Assembly (NCBI RefSeq): GCF_006345805.1 | Contig: NC_043001.1 | Location: forward strand, 32,922,001-32,986,000 | Origin: Octopus sinensis | Taxonomy: Eukaryota | Length of the DNA: 64,000 bases | Direction of reading: 5' to 3' | Shown: positions 1 to 13,525 of the stretch, in pieces | How positions within the stretch are numbered: the first letter of the stretch is position 1 | Layout: each line of letters starts with the position of its first letter | Position numbers and translations under genes: made by a program | The notes under the pieces: model-generated | The model's input: only the letters and a program-made list of their open reading frames with translations | Databases searched by the model: none | Told to the model about the DNA's origin: nothing

Positions 1-307
1 TTCCTTTATTCATAATGGTACTGGTTTCAGGTAATAAACTGTGTTCATGCTGTTGAAACACCTGCTTGGGAGATTATTGCTCGTTTATGCTGGTCCAGGT
101 CTTTGCTCAGCACCTATTTTATCGATTTTGTATGGAATAAAAGACAACGTGTAAAGAAACACAGTACAGCCAGAATGACCGCTTAGCATTCTAGCTTCAT
201 GCACGGATTTTATTCATCGCCTGATAATAAATATGTATATGTGTTTGTATATGTCGATGAAGGCTTATATACATACACACGTACAATAAATATATGTGAG
301 TTTTGTC

Positions 308-349
308 GTGCGCTGATGACGGATCAATACCAGAAACTGCAGTCCTGAA
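308..349 (+). ncRNA. degenerate minimal hammerhead ribozyme-like motif
   Basis: CTGATGA (313-319), weak stem II (gg..cc), GAAAC (333-337), palindromic ACTGCAGT, GTC cleavage triplet (342-344). Helix I pairs poorly. Confidence 0.45.
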
Positions 350-398
350 ATGTTCTTTATAAATTATGTTAGCATTTTCTGTCCTGACTTGTTTTTTC

Positions 399-467
399 AT
401 ATATATATATATATATATATATAGATATATATATATAATATTTTGTTTATTTAAACGTATATATATA

Positions 468-549
<82 letters not shown>
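399..549. repeat. (TA)n microsatellite
   Basis: Directly visible imperfect TA run, one of dozens in the window. Confidence 0.95.
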
Positions 550-551
<2 letters not shown>

Positions 552-780
552 TTCTTTACTACCCACAAGGGGCTAAACGCAGAGGGGACAAACGAGGACA
601 GACAAACGGATTAAGTCGATTGCATCGACCCCAGTGCGTAACTGGTACTTAATTTATCGAACCCGAAAGGATGAAAGGCAAAGTCGACCACGGCGGAATT
701 TGAACCCAGAACGTAACGGCAGACGAAATACGGCTACGCATTTCGCCCGGCGGGCTAACGTTTCTGCCAGCTCGCCGCCT
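550..780 (-). mobile_element. tRNA-derived SINE family A (MetaSINE-like centre, Tx1-like tail)
   Basis: Minus strand reads GGCGGCGAGCTGGCAGAAACGTTAG (A-box-like), GGTTCAAATTCC (B box), GACTTTGCCTTTCATCCTTTCGGG..GATAAATTAAGTACCAG, tail CCCCTTGTGGGTAGTAAAGAAAT. More than 15 related copies in the window. Confidence 0.9.
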
Positions 781-1647
781 TTATATACACATACATACAT
801 ATATGTGTGTCTGTGTTTGTGTATGGCTTGTTAGATACATAGATAGAGAAATATGTAAAGGTAAGATCCAAGGATCAAGGTGTAGGGAGTTAGTAAGCTT
901 CAAGCGATCTGTAGAAGATATAAAAAACAACTTTCAGAAACAATAGTGATTTATTGGTGCAGAATTTGTCCAATATCTAAGTACGATAAGCTGAAAGAAG
1001 TTAACATTATAGTTCACGGTTAGCAACGTGTGTTGTTGTACATTCAAAAATTAGGACGTAGAGTAGATAAAACTCGGGCTACATATGTTACATAGCTAGG
1101 GGAGCCGCCAAAGTATTAAATTATCAGAACACGGTTAAGACCGCAAGCTACTCTTCAGGTCAAGGACACATTGATTTTATGAAGTTTAAATAGTCATTAG
1201 GAGATCCCGTGTTAACTCGTTAGGGATTCGATCGAACTGTTGAACATACACACACACACACACACATGTATATATATATATATGCATACATACATACACA
1301 CATAGAGGCATACATACATACATACATACATATATACATACATGCATAGATACATACATAGATAATGCATACATAGATACATACATACATAGATACATAC
1401 ATCTCTGCTTCTTAGTTTTTTGTTACCTATTTAATTAAAGACATGCCAGCGTAATCCACGTATCTCCCATTGTTATTATATCCATTTTCTTCTCTTATAT
1501 AACCTAAACTCCGGTTTACCAACCGAACCATTTTCTACCGTACAATCTTACAAAAGACTGTACCTACCCAGCTAATAGCCAGGAGCGACTTTGGATTTAA
1601 TTATTCCTGAGCAGTATTAAACTCTTCTAACTTGATACCTATATATA

Positions 1648-1724
<77 letters not shown>

Positions 1725-1767
1725 TGTGTGTGTGTGTGGTGTGTGTGTGTGTGTGTGTGTATATATT

Positions 1768-1799
<32 letters not shown>

Positions 1800-2535
1800 C
1801 ATATATACATAATACATACATACATTCTTTAGTTGACCCAAGGCAAGAAGCCACTTGCCAACATTACAGTCCCCGGGAAAATCAATGCAGTTGGCCGTAT
1901 AGAATTTATTTATCGATGACAAGCCACTGCATAGGTAGATCGGAACTGGGTCCTGGTTTCCCATACGATTAGGCCTCATGTGCCAATGCCATAGGTGGCA
2001 CTGCCTGAGGACATACTAGAAATGCTGTCCCGATTCACATCGCAGTGAGATCGAACGCGAAGCCATGTGCATACAAAATGTACGACTTAGGCACAAGACT
2101 ATGCTTACGCCATAAAGGTATTCATTAAATGATAACTCATTCGCGTATTCTATGACAGGACTATTCTACTCCAAGGTCATATGTTACTGAAACTAGCAAT
2201 ATAGCTAGTGCAAATACATATAAATATCGATCTATTTAACAACAATATTTTTATGCCTTATAGTAAAAAATGACATACATTCATGAGAAAACAAAATCTA
2301 GAAAATAATGATCTATTCAAAGAGCAATAACTGTTTAGTTAATAGAACAAATGAATTGTCTCATGCTGTGTTATATTGACTGTCTGTCTCGTGTTTTACT
2401 AGAACATAAATTATCTATTAGATTTTATATCAGATTAGACAATGATTATAAATATTAAACTATATTTATCATTTCAATATATACACATTTACACATTTTC
2501 TCATATCCTCCCATATATGCATACATATGTACATA

Positions 2536-2570
<35 letters not shown>

Positions 2571-4319
2571 CATGTGTGTGTATGTATGTATGTATATATT
2601 TTCGCACATACACACAAACATTCACACACAAAGCAATCTTTGTATGCTTTAGAACTTTTCAGGAAATCAGTAAATACACACACACACATACGTATTTATA
2701 TATATATATAAATATATATATATATATTACATATGAGTATATGTGTATATATAAAGTTAAATTTATGCCTATGGACATCGATACGTATAGATTTAAAGAT
2801 ATGTTTATATATATATGTATGTAGGTAGGTAAGTATACACATACATGTACACACAAGTACACACACGTGTTAAAATCTATAGATATCGATGTCTATGGAG
2901 CTAAAATTAACTCAATTTCCTTTAAACTCAACTCCCTCTTTTCAATGCTTCTATACCACCCTAAACTTAAAGACGCAAATACGTAAATGCTTCCCGCAAA
3001 CTTCTTTTCATTTTGTTTTTTTCGTCTTTCTTTTGAACATCTTTTATTACATTTTCTCCCTCCTTTAATCTCTCATCATTTTTAATTCCAAAATGCCGCA
3101 TCTACCAAAAATCTTTTCAATTATTCTAAAAATAAATGCTTTCTACATTCATTTAAGTACGTCACCTGCTCACACAGGGACACACATACACATTCACAAA
3201 TTCATATATTGCCAAGAAAATAACATGGTCTTAACCATCCTAAGCACACGCAAACACATACACACGCACACACACTCCACCACCACAACTACCATTGCTA
3301 CCATCACTACAGCCACCACCACCACACACACTGTATGTGTTTGTGTGTTGTTGCGCATGCGCATGTGAATGTAAGCTTGACCACCAAACAATTAAGAATT
3401 TTGCTTCGCGATCCATAACATTTGCGTGTCCTTAACGGTAATTCAAAGGGCCATCTTGATTAGATATTTTGTGGCTTTGACTGAGCCTAAGGATTAGGTT
3501 AAGGATACAAATATCTGTAGAATACTCAACCGCTTACTATATAATACAATGAAATGTTAGTTTCTGTCGATCGAACAACTAGATATTCATCGTCGAAAGT
3601 GACGGAGAAACTACTTTTATTTGTGTATATGCTTGTGAGTACGTGTTTATTTTCGTGTGTTTGAATGATGTGTGTAATATTTACAACTTTACAAGATCTA
3701 TGCACTATTTTCTTTTCCTTTTTTATTATTTTTCCAAATGGAAGCTCTGCTTGTCAAATTTCCTTGTCAGGGGAATCGTCACGTTGTAAGCATGTAACTA
3801 CCGGATATCAAACTTCCATCAATTTTTACTAGCCAATATCGTTTTTTTATTGAGTATAACGAAAATAAAAATGCGTAAATAGATACTGCATTATGTGTGT
3901 GTCTGTGTATCTGTGCGCTTTTGTGTATGCATGTACATATATATATATCTAATATACAAATATATATATATATACACACACACACGTGTTTGTACATATA
4001 TATGTATATATGCATGTGTGTGAATGTGTTTGTATATTGTAAATTTGTATGTATATATGTATGTGAGTATGTATGTACGTATATGTCTGTATGTATGAAT
4101 GAATGAATGAATGAATGAATGTATGTGTGTGTGTTTGTATTATGTACGCATGTACGTATTTATGTATGTATTCAACAATTTTCACACAGATTAAATAAAC
4201 GATATTTGAAAATATGTGAGAAACTCAGCTATAACGAAAATTTATTTTCTGTGTTTTTATGTAACATAAAATTGCATAAATTATTAACTTCCTACGAACA
4301 AATTTCATAAATAACGGAG

Positions 4320-5930
4320 TCAATCTATGTATTCACCATCTCCAATCCGACCTTTCAGAGATGGTTTTTATACTCGGCCCATTTCAGACTCAGCTTGACA
4401 GGACCGTTCGTATCGTAGTTCTCATTCCTATCCATCATAAGGTCTGGCATGAACCAGACCATAAGGATTTCAACAAGACATCGGTCCAGCTAATTTCGAT
4501 ACAGATTGACATGAATTTCCTCTGCAGATGCCAATTTACAAAACCACAGACATGATTTAATTACTATGTGCTGCCACTCTTCGTCAGTATTCCTTTTGTA
4601 TAGTGCCAAAAATAAAATTCCCGATGTCTTCGATAATGTCACATTGTCAGTATCTACGAATGCTACAAATTTCATGTCATTTTTTTTTGTATGACATCCC
4701 AGTACTCCTGTTTCTACGGGAGTGCCTCGAGAGCTTAAAATGTACTGAAGAGATGAGGGAGAACACCACTGATGCCGCAAATCTATGACTTCGAAATAGT
4801 TGAAGGTGAACATTAAATAATGCTTATCACACAGCTGCAGCTGTATTTATTTCTTTTCTGCCCACAAGGGGCTAAACATAGAGGGGACAAACAAGGACAG
4901 ACAAAGGGATTAAGTCGATTACATTGAAACCAGTATGCAACTGGTACTTAATTTATCGATCCCGAAAGGATGAAAGGCAAAATCGACCTCGGCGGAATTT
5001 GAACTCAGAACGTAACGACAGACGAAATACCTATTTCTTTACTACCCACAAGGGGCTAAACACAGAGAGGACAAACAAGAACAGACAAACGGATTAAATC
5101 GATTATACCGACCCCAGTGCGTAGCTGGTACTTATTTAATCGACCCCGAAAGGATGAAAGGCAAAGTCGACATCGGTGGAATTTGGACTCAGAACGTAAC
5201 GGCAAACGAAATACGGCTACGCATTTCGCCCGGCGTGCTAATGTTTCTGCCAGCTCGCCGCCTTCCAGCTGCAGATGTATTTCAAAGCTACTCATCTTAC
5301 GGAAACCAAATCATTTGCTTTAGAAGGACCTGCCAAGTAAATTATGCTTTGGATTCATCAAATTTGAACAGTAAACTCACCGAATCCATTCAATTACCAC
5401 GATGTCTACAATGAATCGCATTTATATATTGGTACGTATTGATCTATTGTGACTCACATAAGTCTATGCAAATGATGTCAAGAACGAACCATTTCGCGGA
5501 CACCTTGGCCAAAGTCTTAAACTCTGCATTCAGCAGAATGTATCTGGGACATCATCGAAGATATTCCCTTTGTTTTCGCCCTTCAGTAGCAGCACCATTG
5601 CCTGGCTAATACAGTATACTGCCAGGTGTAGATAGGTGTCCAGTAAAGCACGCACGTCAGACCATCGAAAGAGGTGTTTTGTTTGTTGCACAGTCATTCA
5701 GCGTTAATTGTAGCTAAACTGCTTTTTGCAATACTTTTTTCCGCAAACCTGCGCAGTTTCACGAGATGAGTAGTAGGCCTACAGTCTGAAAATCCCCAGC
5801 TCCATCAGTGATTGCACAAAGTGCTGATGGAAAACATAGCTACATATGCTGGAATCGAATAGCACCAGTCACTCTTTGTCGAAAACCTAACTGTGGCTTC
5901 CTTGCCATGTTCTAGATTTACCAAAGCCTC
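4320..5930 (-). pseudogene. degraded L1/Tx1-clade LINE ORF2 (reverse transcriptase), interrupted by a SINE-A dimer
   Basis: Manual minus-strand translation gives motifs in the expected order: KTP..DGL, VLLLKGENKG, ILLNAEFKTLAKV (cf. ITLLNxDYKILAKV), RSIRTNI, FDESKA (cf. LDQxKAFD), RHQWCSPSSLQY (cf. RQGCPLSPLLY), AFVDTD (cf. AYADD). Many stops and frameshifts. Confidence 0.75.
4849..5264 (-). mobile_element. SINE family A dimer with target-site duplication
   Basis: One head plus two bodies, flanked by CAGCTGCAG(C/A)TGTATTT at 4832-4848 and 5266-5282. Confidence 0.9.
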
Positions 5931-5951
5931 ATTATTAAAACTGCATAAAAC

Positions 5952-6155
5952 AGTGAGTTGGCATAATCGTTAGCATGCGAGCAAAATGCTTGCCGTCATT
6001 TCTTCCGTCTTCATGTTCTGAGTTTAAATTCTGCCGAGGTTGACTTTGCTTTTCCTTCTTGTGGAGTCGATAAAATAAATACCAGTGGAACACTGGGGTC
6101 GATGTAATCGACTTGTACACTCTCAGAACTTGCTAGCCTTGTGCCAAAATTTGAA
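5952..6155 (+). mobile_element. older SINE family A copy (alternative tail)
   Basis: Same head and centre, tail GCTAGCCTTGTGCCAAAATTTGAA. Confidence 0.8.
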
Positions 6156-7479
6156 GTCATTAGTAACACAGCATGATTGATATCACTTATTAGTGATTTC
6201 TTACTGGGAATCTGTTTTCAGCAAATACTAAAAGCGGAAAAAGTTTGAGGGGTGATTTTATAACGAAAATATATTAAGTTTAGGTTATCAGTAGCAAAAA
6301 ATTATAATGAATGTATTAGTGATAAGAAAACATTGATTAAAGTATAAGGGGAAATTTTGTATAATTCAATAACTATTAACTAGATATACAGTTTTTTTAA
6401 TCTGATGAAGAATATTTGTGTATTAGCTGCTCTGCTCCTCAGCGTACAGTAAACTTTGAAATGAATAGAATGGTATATACTTCTTTCAATATTGTCACAA
6501 GGCCAGTAATTTTGAAGTTAGGGGACAAATAGATTGCATCAATGCCTGTACTTGACTGGCCCTTAATTTATTGACTCCGAAAAGATGACTGATAACGTCG
6601 ACCTCGTCAGAATTTATGCTCATATATTTGGTTCATGTCAGAGACAATTATGTCCTGGTGTTGACTTTAAACTACTTCTGGTAGTGGAGCCCTGGTAGAA
6701 GAGTTCAGAGGTTTTGAGGAGTGTGGAGCCGCAACTTAACTACTATTGTTAACAGGTGTAATCTGACTCGAAGTAGTAGCATTTGTCAGGCTACTAACGA
6801 TGGGATGATTAGCACGTACATTAAGCTGAGGCCACCTGGGAATATGGGACCAAATCAAAATGGCCTCCTAACACACAAGTCAGCGTTACACTGAAATCAT
6901 GGGATGCAGCATGTTAGATGTTAACTATTTAAGGCAGATGAATTTATTAAGTCCAAAAGTTAGTATCATTAGATGCCGAGCGGATGAACAGTCAACCGAC
7001 TAGCATCAACAAGTTCAATTAGCAAATTATTGTTATCATCATTATATGTGAGATGCGGAGATGAGACATTCAGCTATCGAAAGACCAATGTGACTTATTC
7101 GTCCCGGCAAGTCACCCGACCGGATGTTGAGGATCAGATACAGTTATAACATACGGAATATAGACGGTATTGGGTATTATTAATATGCATAATTTTCTAT
7201 GTAACAGTTACGGATGTGTTTTTTTTTTATTTTAATGTTGGAGAAACAAGATTGAACAATTAGCACCATAGTGATTAATTGCCAATGAATCAACATTATT
7301 AAGTGGGTTACTTTATTGTAAGCCAAGGGTGTTTACTGATATGAGTCATGCACAGAAACTATAATAAACAGAATATATTGCTTTCTTTATGTTATATATT
7401 ATCGTACAGAAAGAGAGATAGAGACTTACAATGTTAGCCATTATAAATTGGGATGGTTATACAAACACACACACGCGCT

Positions 7480-7532
<53 letters not shown>

Positions 7533-7699
7533 GTGTGCGTGTGTGTGTAAAAGCAAAATAGGGATCTAGATAGTCTCATTCGCAAAATGAGGCCTCCTTG
7601 ATTTTGCTCAGATTGTTTTCAGTTTTGGTGTATCGATGCAACTCTGAATTTTGATTGTGATCAACCAATTACTTTATTTCGTAAATTAAAGAATCTGAT

Positions 7700-8099
7700 G
7701 TTATTTGGAATTAAATTTGAGAAATTTGGGTAATTTTAACCAATCAGGAGAGCGTGGCATTAGCAGCTTGTTACAATGACAACCGCACGCTGTGTTGTGT
7801 TTCACTTCACCCGTATCTTTGCCGCACGTAATCAATAGAGTAAAACGCCGTCTTTGTGACTGCAAATATGTTAAGTCACTGCAAATATAGCAAAAATTGT
7901 TTACGATGTTTATACAGTTTATTGGCATTATGAAAGTGAAGGAGAATATTACCAACCTTCAGGGACTCATTGACTCAGATAGCTGGATTTATGATTTCAC
8001 TAGGTTAATTCTATTCATAAAAAATTTAAATCGGGAGTATTTCTTAAACCGTTAGCTTCACATTTCTTTTTCATGGAACAAATTCTTTGTTGACCAGTG
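7700..8099 (-). mobile_element. probable Chapaev3-like DNA transposon 5' fragment
   Basis: ORF 7701-7955 contains CINIVNNFCYICSDLTYLQSQRR, resembling the CxNxPxxFCYICG..QRR N-terminus I recall for Chapaev3 transposases. Minus-strand terminus TAA|CACTGG.. at 8099. Confidence 0.45.
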
Positions 8100-8426
8100 T
8101 TATTCTTATCGTAGTTTACAAATCCAAGCATGAAAACGTTACTCAACTTTGGAGTTTTGGAGACAGACACCCCTCTTTTCACACGCACACACACACACAC
8201 ATATGATTGCATAAATGTACAAATGAACTTATATATAAATACATTACATCCACGGGCACTTATATATTAATGATGTACACAAATACATGACAAGTATACA
8301 TGATACTTAAATATGCATAAAGTAAACACATGCAGACAAATATATTAAATTTTTTAAAAATGAAAACATAAATCAATGAAGAGGTAAAAGAAACAGTAAG
8401 ATGATACATGTTGATTTTATTAGGTA

Positions 8427-8784
8427 CTAGCAGTATCGCCCGGCGTTGCTCGGGTTTGTAAGGGAAATAACTATATAAGCATTTTTAGAGAGTTATAGCC
8501 AAAATATAGCAAAAAAATGCATTAAAAATGGAAAAAAAAAATTATGGTAATTTTTTTTAAAAATCGTTGACTCATCGTAGACATTTTTAGAGAATTACTT
8601 CCCTTATATAATAGCGAAAAAAATGCATTAAAATGGAAAAAATGATGGTAATTTTTTTTTAATCGTAGACTCATCGTAGACGCGCGCTAATACCCAGAAG
8701 GGCTCGATATGAATCACGACTATAAGATACCCGGTATCTAAATCGTAGGAGACAGACACACAACTTGACCTTTATATATAAAGA
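8427..8784 (-). mobile_element. non-autonomous Helitron
   Basis: Minus strand: 5' TC(TTTATATATAAAG), 3' hairpin CCCGAGCAACGCCGGG then CGATACTGCTAG, inserted between A and T. Contains an internal tandem duplication. Confidence 0.75.
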
Positions 8785-8843
8785 TTTCCGTTTATTTAGA
8801 AACCTACAATGAACGGGTTACAACCCTTTAGCAGGTATCTGGA

Positions 8844-8892
8844 TCGAGAGACTGATTCAGTTTCGAGTTATTTGGCTCATCTTCAGTCGCGA
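8844..8892 (-). ncRNA. type I hammerhead ribozyme motif (left arm of inverted pair)
   Basis: Reverse complement: TCGCGA CTGAAGA T GAGC-CAAATA-ACTC GAAAC TGAATCA GTC TCTCGA. Confidence 0.7.
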
Positions 8893-8944
8893 GCACCTGC
8901 ATGCCAGAGCGATAGCTAGAGTCTGCTAACGCCAATAGTATATT

Positions 8945-9355
8945 GCTCTTTTACTCTTTTACTTGTTTCAGTCGTTTGACTGTGGCTATGCTGGAGCACC
9001 GCCTTTAGTCGAGCAAATCGACCCCAGGACTTATTCTTTGTAAGCCTAGTACTTATTCTAAGTTACGGGGACGTAAACACACCACCATCGGTTGTCAAGC
9101 GATGTTGGGGGACAAACACGGACACACAAACATATACACACACACATACACACACACATATATATATATATATATACATATATGCGACGGACTTCTTTCA
9201 GTTTCCGTCTATCAAATCCACTCACAAGGCTTTGGTCGGCCTGAGGCTATAGTAAAAGACACTTGCCCAAGGTGCCACGCAGTGGGACTGAACCCAGAAC
9301 CATGTGGCATGTGGTTCGTAAGCAAGCTACTTACCACACAGCCACTCCTACGCCT
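8945..9355 (-). mobile_element. tRNA-derived CORE-type SINE family B with internal (TA/TG)n tract
   Basis: Head GGAGTGGCTGTGTGGTAAG, B box GGGTTCAGTCCC, CORE-like CACCTTGGGCAAGTG, tail (AAAAGAGT)n. About 15 related copies in the window. Confidence 0.9.
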
Positions 9356-9501
9356 ATGTAAACAAAGTTATTACTCTATATCTTCTTTAGAATTTACAAT
9401 TAGTTAATTTGCTTGTTGCAAGTCACTGACCGATGGTCACTTTGTTTACAATATTTTGTTAGCGTTAGCGGACTCTGGCTATCGCTCTGGTATGCAGGTG
9501 C

Positions 9502-9550
9502 TCGCAACTGATGATGAGCGATATAGCTCGAAACTGAGTCAGTCACGCGA
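9502..9550 (+). ncRNA. type I hammerhead ribozyme motif (right arm of inverted pair)
   Basis: TCGCAA CTGATGA T GAGC-GATATA-GCTC GAAAC TGAGTCA GTC ACGCGA. Canonical core and perfect 4-bp stem II. Confidence 0.75.
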
Positions 9551-9789
9551 TCCTATTACCTGCTAGAGGGTAGTAGGGATTCGCTTCCCTTGTTAATAAT
9601 ATATTGTATGTAAAAGGTTGCAGAGTCGCACCGATAACCAGCTGGTGGAGAATCTGCCTGGGGTTAAACTAGTAATAAAACGAAACAGCCACTTTGATGT
9701 GGCGACTGACTGCTTTTTTGTCATTGTTGTCTTATTTTTATTGTTTTAATCAGGAGAATAGCAGTGCCTTATACATTGTTGAAGCCTCG

Positions 9790-10050
9790 ATGAATCGAGA
9801 GATGGAAAGTAGAAATTTATCTTCCGACTTGCAAACTTGAATGAATACTTTTGCAAGAGTCACTGATTTCTAGAAATTGTGCACCTGAAGATTCAATTTT
9901 CAGTCGGCTTTGAGGACGACAGAAAAATGGAGCAAGGTGCAATCAGAAAGCTTATATAGTTCACTGAATCAGCATGTATCACTCAGACATATATTTGCGA
10001 ATGCAGTAAAGGATATTCGTGTATAAATTGCAGCCTTTTTACACAGGCAG
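9790..10050 (+). pseudogene. possible highly decayed hAT (Buster/Charlie-like) transposase fragment
   Basis: REMESRNLSSDLQT..ARVTDF..K and a downstream FTES..IAAFL loosely match hAT motifs REALAxKxL and HTEVRWLS..IxxFL. Confidence 0.25.
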
Positions 10051-12020
10051 ACAATTTTTAATGCATATCAAGCTTGAATTTGAATGAATATGTTAAACAA
10101 GTAATATAGAGGAAAGTAAATACGAGTAATAAATATTTTGTTTCTAGTACGAAATTTGAATTGTTTTTGTTATAGAAGCTGGAGTAAACAGCTGATTCCA
10201 TAGTGATGAAACGAGAATAAGTGGTTTGTTTTAAAGTGCATACGAAATGGATGTATCGATTACGAGATGGGTAAAGAATATGTCTACAATGTGCAGTTGT
10301 AAATGGAAAAAAAACATATATTTATTGAGTAAATAAAAGGTAATATGATACTGTACTGGAAGTATTAACTAGAAAAATTTGGTTCTTGGATAGGAAAATA
10401 CATACTAGCCAGTGGTTTTTGCAGGATTCTATGTCTGGTCGAAACTTCCTACTTTCTAAACCTGCAGATAGATAGAGCTGAGTTGTAGTGAAGACATCCG
10501 GGTTTTTACATCAATAGTCTGACAAAAGTCTAACCCTGAAAGGTTGGGCAATGGTTATAAACACCTGCATTGTTCCCAGGTACATTACTAGTTTTTCGCA
10601 ATATCTGTTTGCATGCTATATCTGACAAGAGTGAACTGTCTGGTTTACCGTTTCTTGTAGAAAAGACAGCTTCCTTTCTTCACAAAGTTTCTCTACTACT
10701 AACACTCGCTCCACTTTTGTATCTGTATATTCTGGTTGATTATTCAAGAGGAATGACAATTTTCATAGATTTAATGCATGCATCGTTGCAATAAGTTCAT
10801 ATTTTGGTTACCTGGACGTTTATTGGAGGGCAAGTAGGTAAACAGTTGGTAAAATAAAAAGGAGTGGCATGAGATTATTGAGCTGCTGCTCAAAGAAAGC
10901 TTGCTTGTTGTTAATGTTTGCTATGAACATTTAAAAAAATAGAAAATCGATTATTTCCGCAGCAACTCTATTCCCTACAGAAATGACTTTATATTACGAA
11001 CAGCTGATATATTTGCTACCTCTTTTACGATCATAATAAATAAAGGCAAGTCACAAATCTTTCTACACAATTTCCGTCTACCAAAATTCAGTCACAAGGC
11101 TTTGGCATGGTGTGATTGAGCTCGCATTCACCTAACTACGAAGGGAGCCTCTTAATCATACAACTATGTCTGCACTCTATAAAGAAAGTAGACTGAAAAA
11201 TAATTAGATGGAAAGTTGGCATCCGTCTGAAAAGACAAAGATAACTGAATGTCAGATCAAATAAAATGATTGGACAATTGTATGAAAAAATAAGTAACTG
11301 AAGAATTAATCTAAAATTCTAGAACTGGGAATGAATTCAGATTTCGTTCTCTCGTTCTCATCAATCATTTCCGATAGTTTAATAAGAAAATATAAAGAAA
11401 AAAATAATCTTTGTTAAATGCCTCGCGTTTAAATGTGTGAATGAGAAATTTCACGGACAATCCTATCAAAGGCATTTCAGAGTTAACTCATACTTATTCT
11501 TGAAGTAAACATGAACTAGCTGCTAACACAATAAGTATTGAGATTTTTAATGCTTACACCTGGGAAATTCTATGTAGAAAATTGAATAATGCTTCCTCAC
11601 ACTATATATATCTTTCTTCAGAATATTTCTTAAGTTTTTTTTTTTTTCACTGTTGCTTTCATGGTCAGCGCTTGTTGCTATTGTTCCTTTGTTAGTCTGC
11701 ACTCGTATAACAGATATAAATAAGTCTGGCATAACAGAAATCTAGGATGTTCGCTTTTGTATAGCTGAAAACATAGAGTCACAGGAGAGAAAAAGAAAAG
11801 ACAATAAAATTACAATACAACAAGGAATTCGGGTATTCTGAATAAAGCATTCCGTCAGATGTATTATTTTCATATCTGAATTGAAGACACATTTATGTGT
11901 TCTAATTACATCTTCGTATTCTTATATGTGAGTTCACACCTTTCTCTTTGGTGCTATACACTTGTTCTAGAAACGAAAAAATATATAATTCAAGTAAATA
12001 TAATTAAAAAATAAATAAAA

Positions 12021-12235
12021 AGGTGGTGAGTTGGCAGAATGGTTAGCACGCCGGGCAAAATGCTTACCGATATTTCATCCGTCTTTACGTTCTGTGTTTA
12101 AATTCCACCGAAGTCGATTTTGTCTTTCATCTTTTCGGGGTCGATGAAATAAGTACCAGTTGAACACTGGGGTCGATGTAATAGACTTATCCCCTCTCTC
12201 AAAATTGCTGGCTTTCGTGCGAAAATCTGGAAACG
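12021..12235 (+). mobile_element. SINE family A (alternative tail)
   Basis: GGTGGTGAGTTGGCAGAATGG head plus the family central domain. Confidence 0.85.
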
Positions 12236-12931
12236 GTATTAAAGATCTAAAATGTTACCGTAAGTAAATAATATGATGTCTTCTCTCGAAACTTTTAATG
12301 TAAGGTAGATAAATTTATCAAAGAAAAAACTATATGTTAGTCCAAGTAAACATTCTATAATAGACTCAAGCGATAAATTTTGTCCAGTTATGGTGGAGAT
12401 GAAGTATACATGCTTATAGTTAGCATAACATAAACAGTGAATATGACATATTTTGAATAGATTTATGGCTCCAGGTTTATCGTGAAGCAGATAAGGAATA
12501 TTGTTAGGGACATTGCTGGCGCAATTGAAGTGGAATATTTTCCCAGCCCGTCATGTAGCTGCCATCAAAAACCTCGTTGAGTTAAATCAAGGATTTTTTA
12601 ATAAAGACATTGCTAGTACATGATGTTAAACGTCTCTACCGCGCTGCTTGATATTTTACTGTTCAAAGTAATTGTTAACTATCTAAGTTTCAATGTAATA
12701 TATTTTGCAAAAAAGGAAACAAACTGCGTGTCAAAGCGATGCGACGAAAGGTAAATGTAATGTTCGAGTTCTCTCAGGGAAACTAGTGACGTAAATAAAA
12801 AAAATGGGATTCATACAGTGAGCCAAACCACTTGCTGAGCAACGCCTTTTGAGCAAACCTCTTGCTGAATATTTGCGGTAGTTTTATCAATAACATTGTC
12901 AAAATTTAACTCTTGAAATAAATCCAAGAAT

Positions 12932-13078
12932 TTGTATAAATATTTTTATCTTAGAAACTGTATGAATATTTTTATTTTAGGAACTGTATAGATATTTTTA
13001 TCTTAGAAACTGTATAAATATTTTTTATCTTAGAAACTTCACATAAATATTTTTATCTTAGAAACATTACATAAATAT
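12932..13078. repeat. minisatellite, about 28-29 bp unit x5
   Basis: Repeated TATTTTTATCTTAGAAACTGTATAAA-like unit. Confidence 0.85.
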
Positions 13079-13171
13079 AGATGATCGCTATGCTGATAAT
13101 ACAGTCCTATATTTAAGAGATGAGGAACTATGTACATTATTGACATTTGACGGGTATTTGTCAAGTTTGTT

Positions 13172-13217
13172 AACACAACGTTTCGGCTGATATACCCTCC
13201 AGCCTTCATCAGGTGTC
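13172..13217 (-). ncRNA. minimal type I hammerhead ribozyme motif
   Basis: Reverse complement: GACAC CTGATGA A GGCTG-GAGGGTATAT-CAGCC GAAAC GTT GTGTT. Helix I GACAC/GTGTT, palindromic AACGTT in place of helix III. Confidence 0.8.
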
Positions 13218-13352
13218 TTGGAGAAATTTCGAACCTGGGTTCTCATTCCTAAGGTAATTTGAACCACTACGTCATATGCCCGTTGGCATATGGAGTAGTG
13301 GTTAAGAGTGCGTGCTACTAACCAAGATTCCGAGTTCTATTCCAGGCAGTGA

Positions 13353-13415
<63 letters not shown>

Positions 13416-13479
13416 CAACAACAACAGCAACATCGAAAAATACCTTAGAAATGAGAACCCAGGTTCGAAATTTCCCCAA

Positions 13480-13525
13480 GACACCTGATGAAAGCTGGAG
13501 GGTATACCAGCCGAAACGTTGTGTT
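13480..13525 (+). ncRNA. minimal type I hammerhead ribozyme motif
   Basis: GACAC CTGATGA A A-GCTGG-AGGGTATA-CCAGC-C GAAAC GTT GTGTT. Confidence 0.75.

Noticed and set aside
634-834. Recurrent peptide MRNWYLI..RKDERQSRPRRNLN (also 5117, 20723, 39342)
   Set aside because: Antisense reading of SINE family A, not a gene family.
12932-13078. Regularly spaced repeats of about 28 bp (CRISPR-like at first glance)
   Set aside because: No unique spacers and no cas genes, in a eukaryotic context. It is a simple minisatellite.
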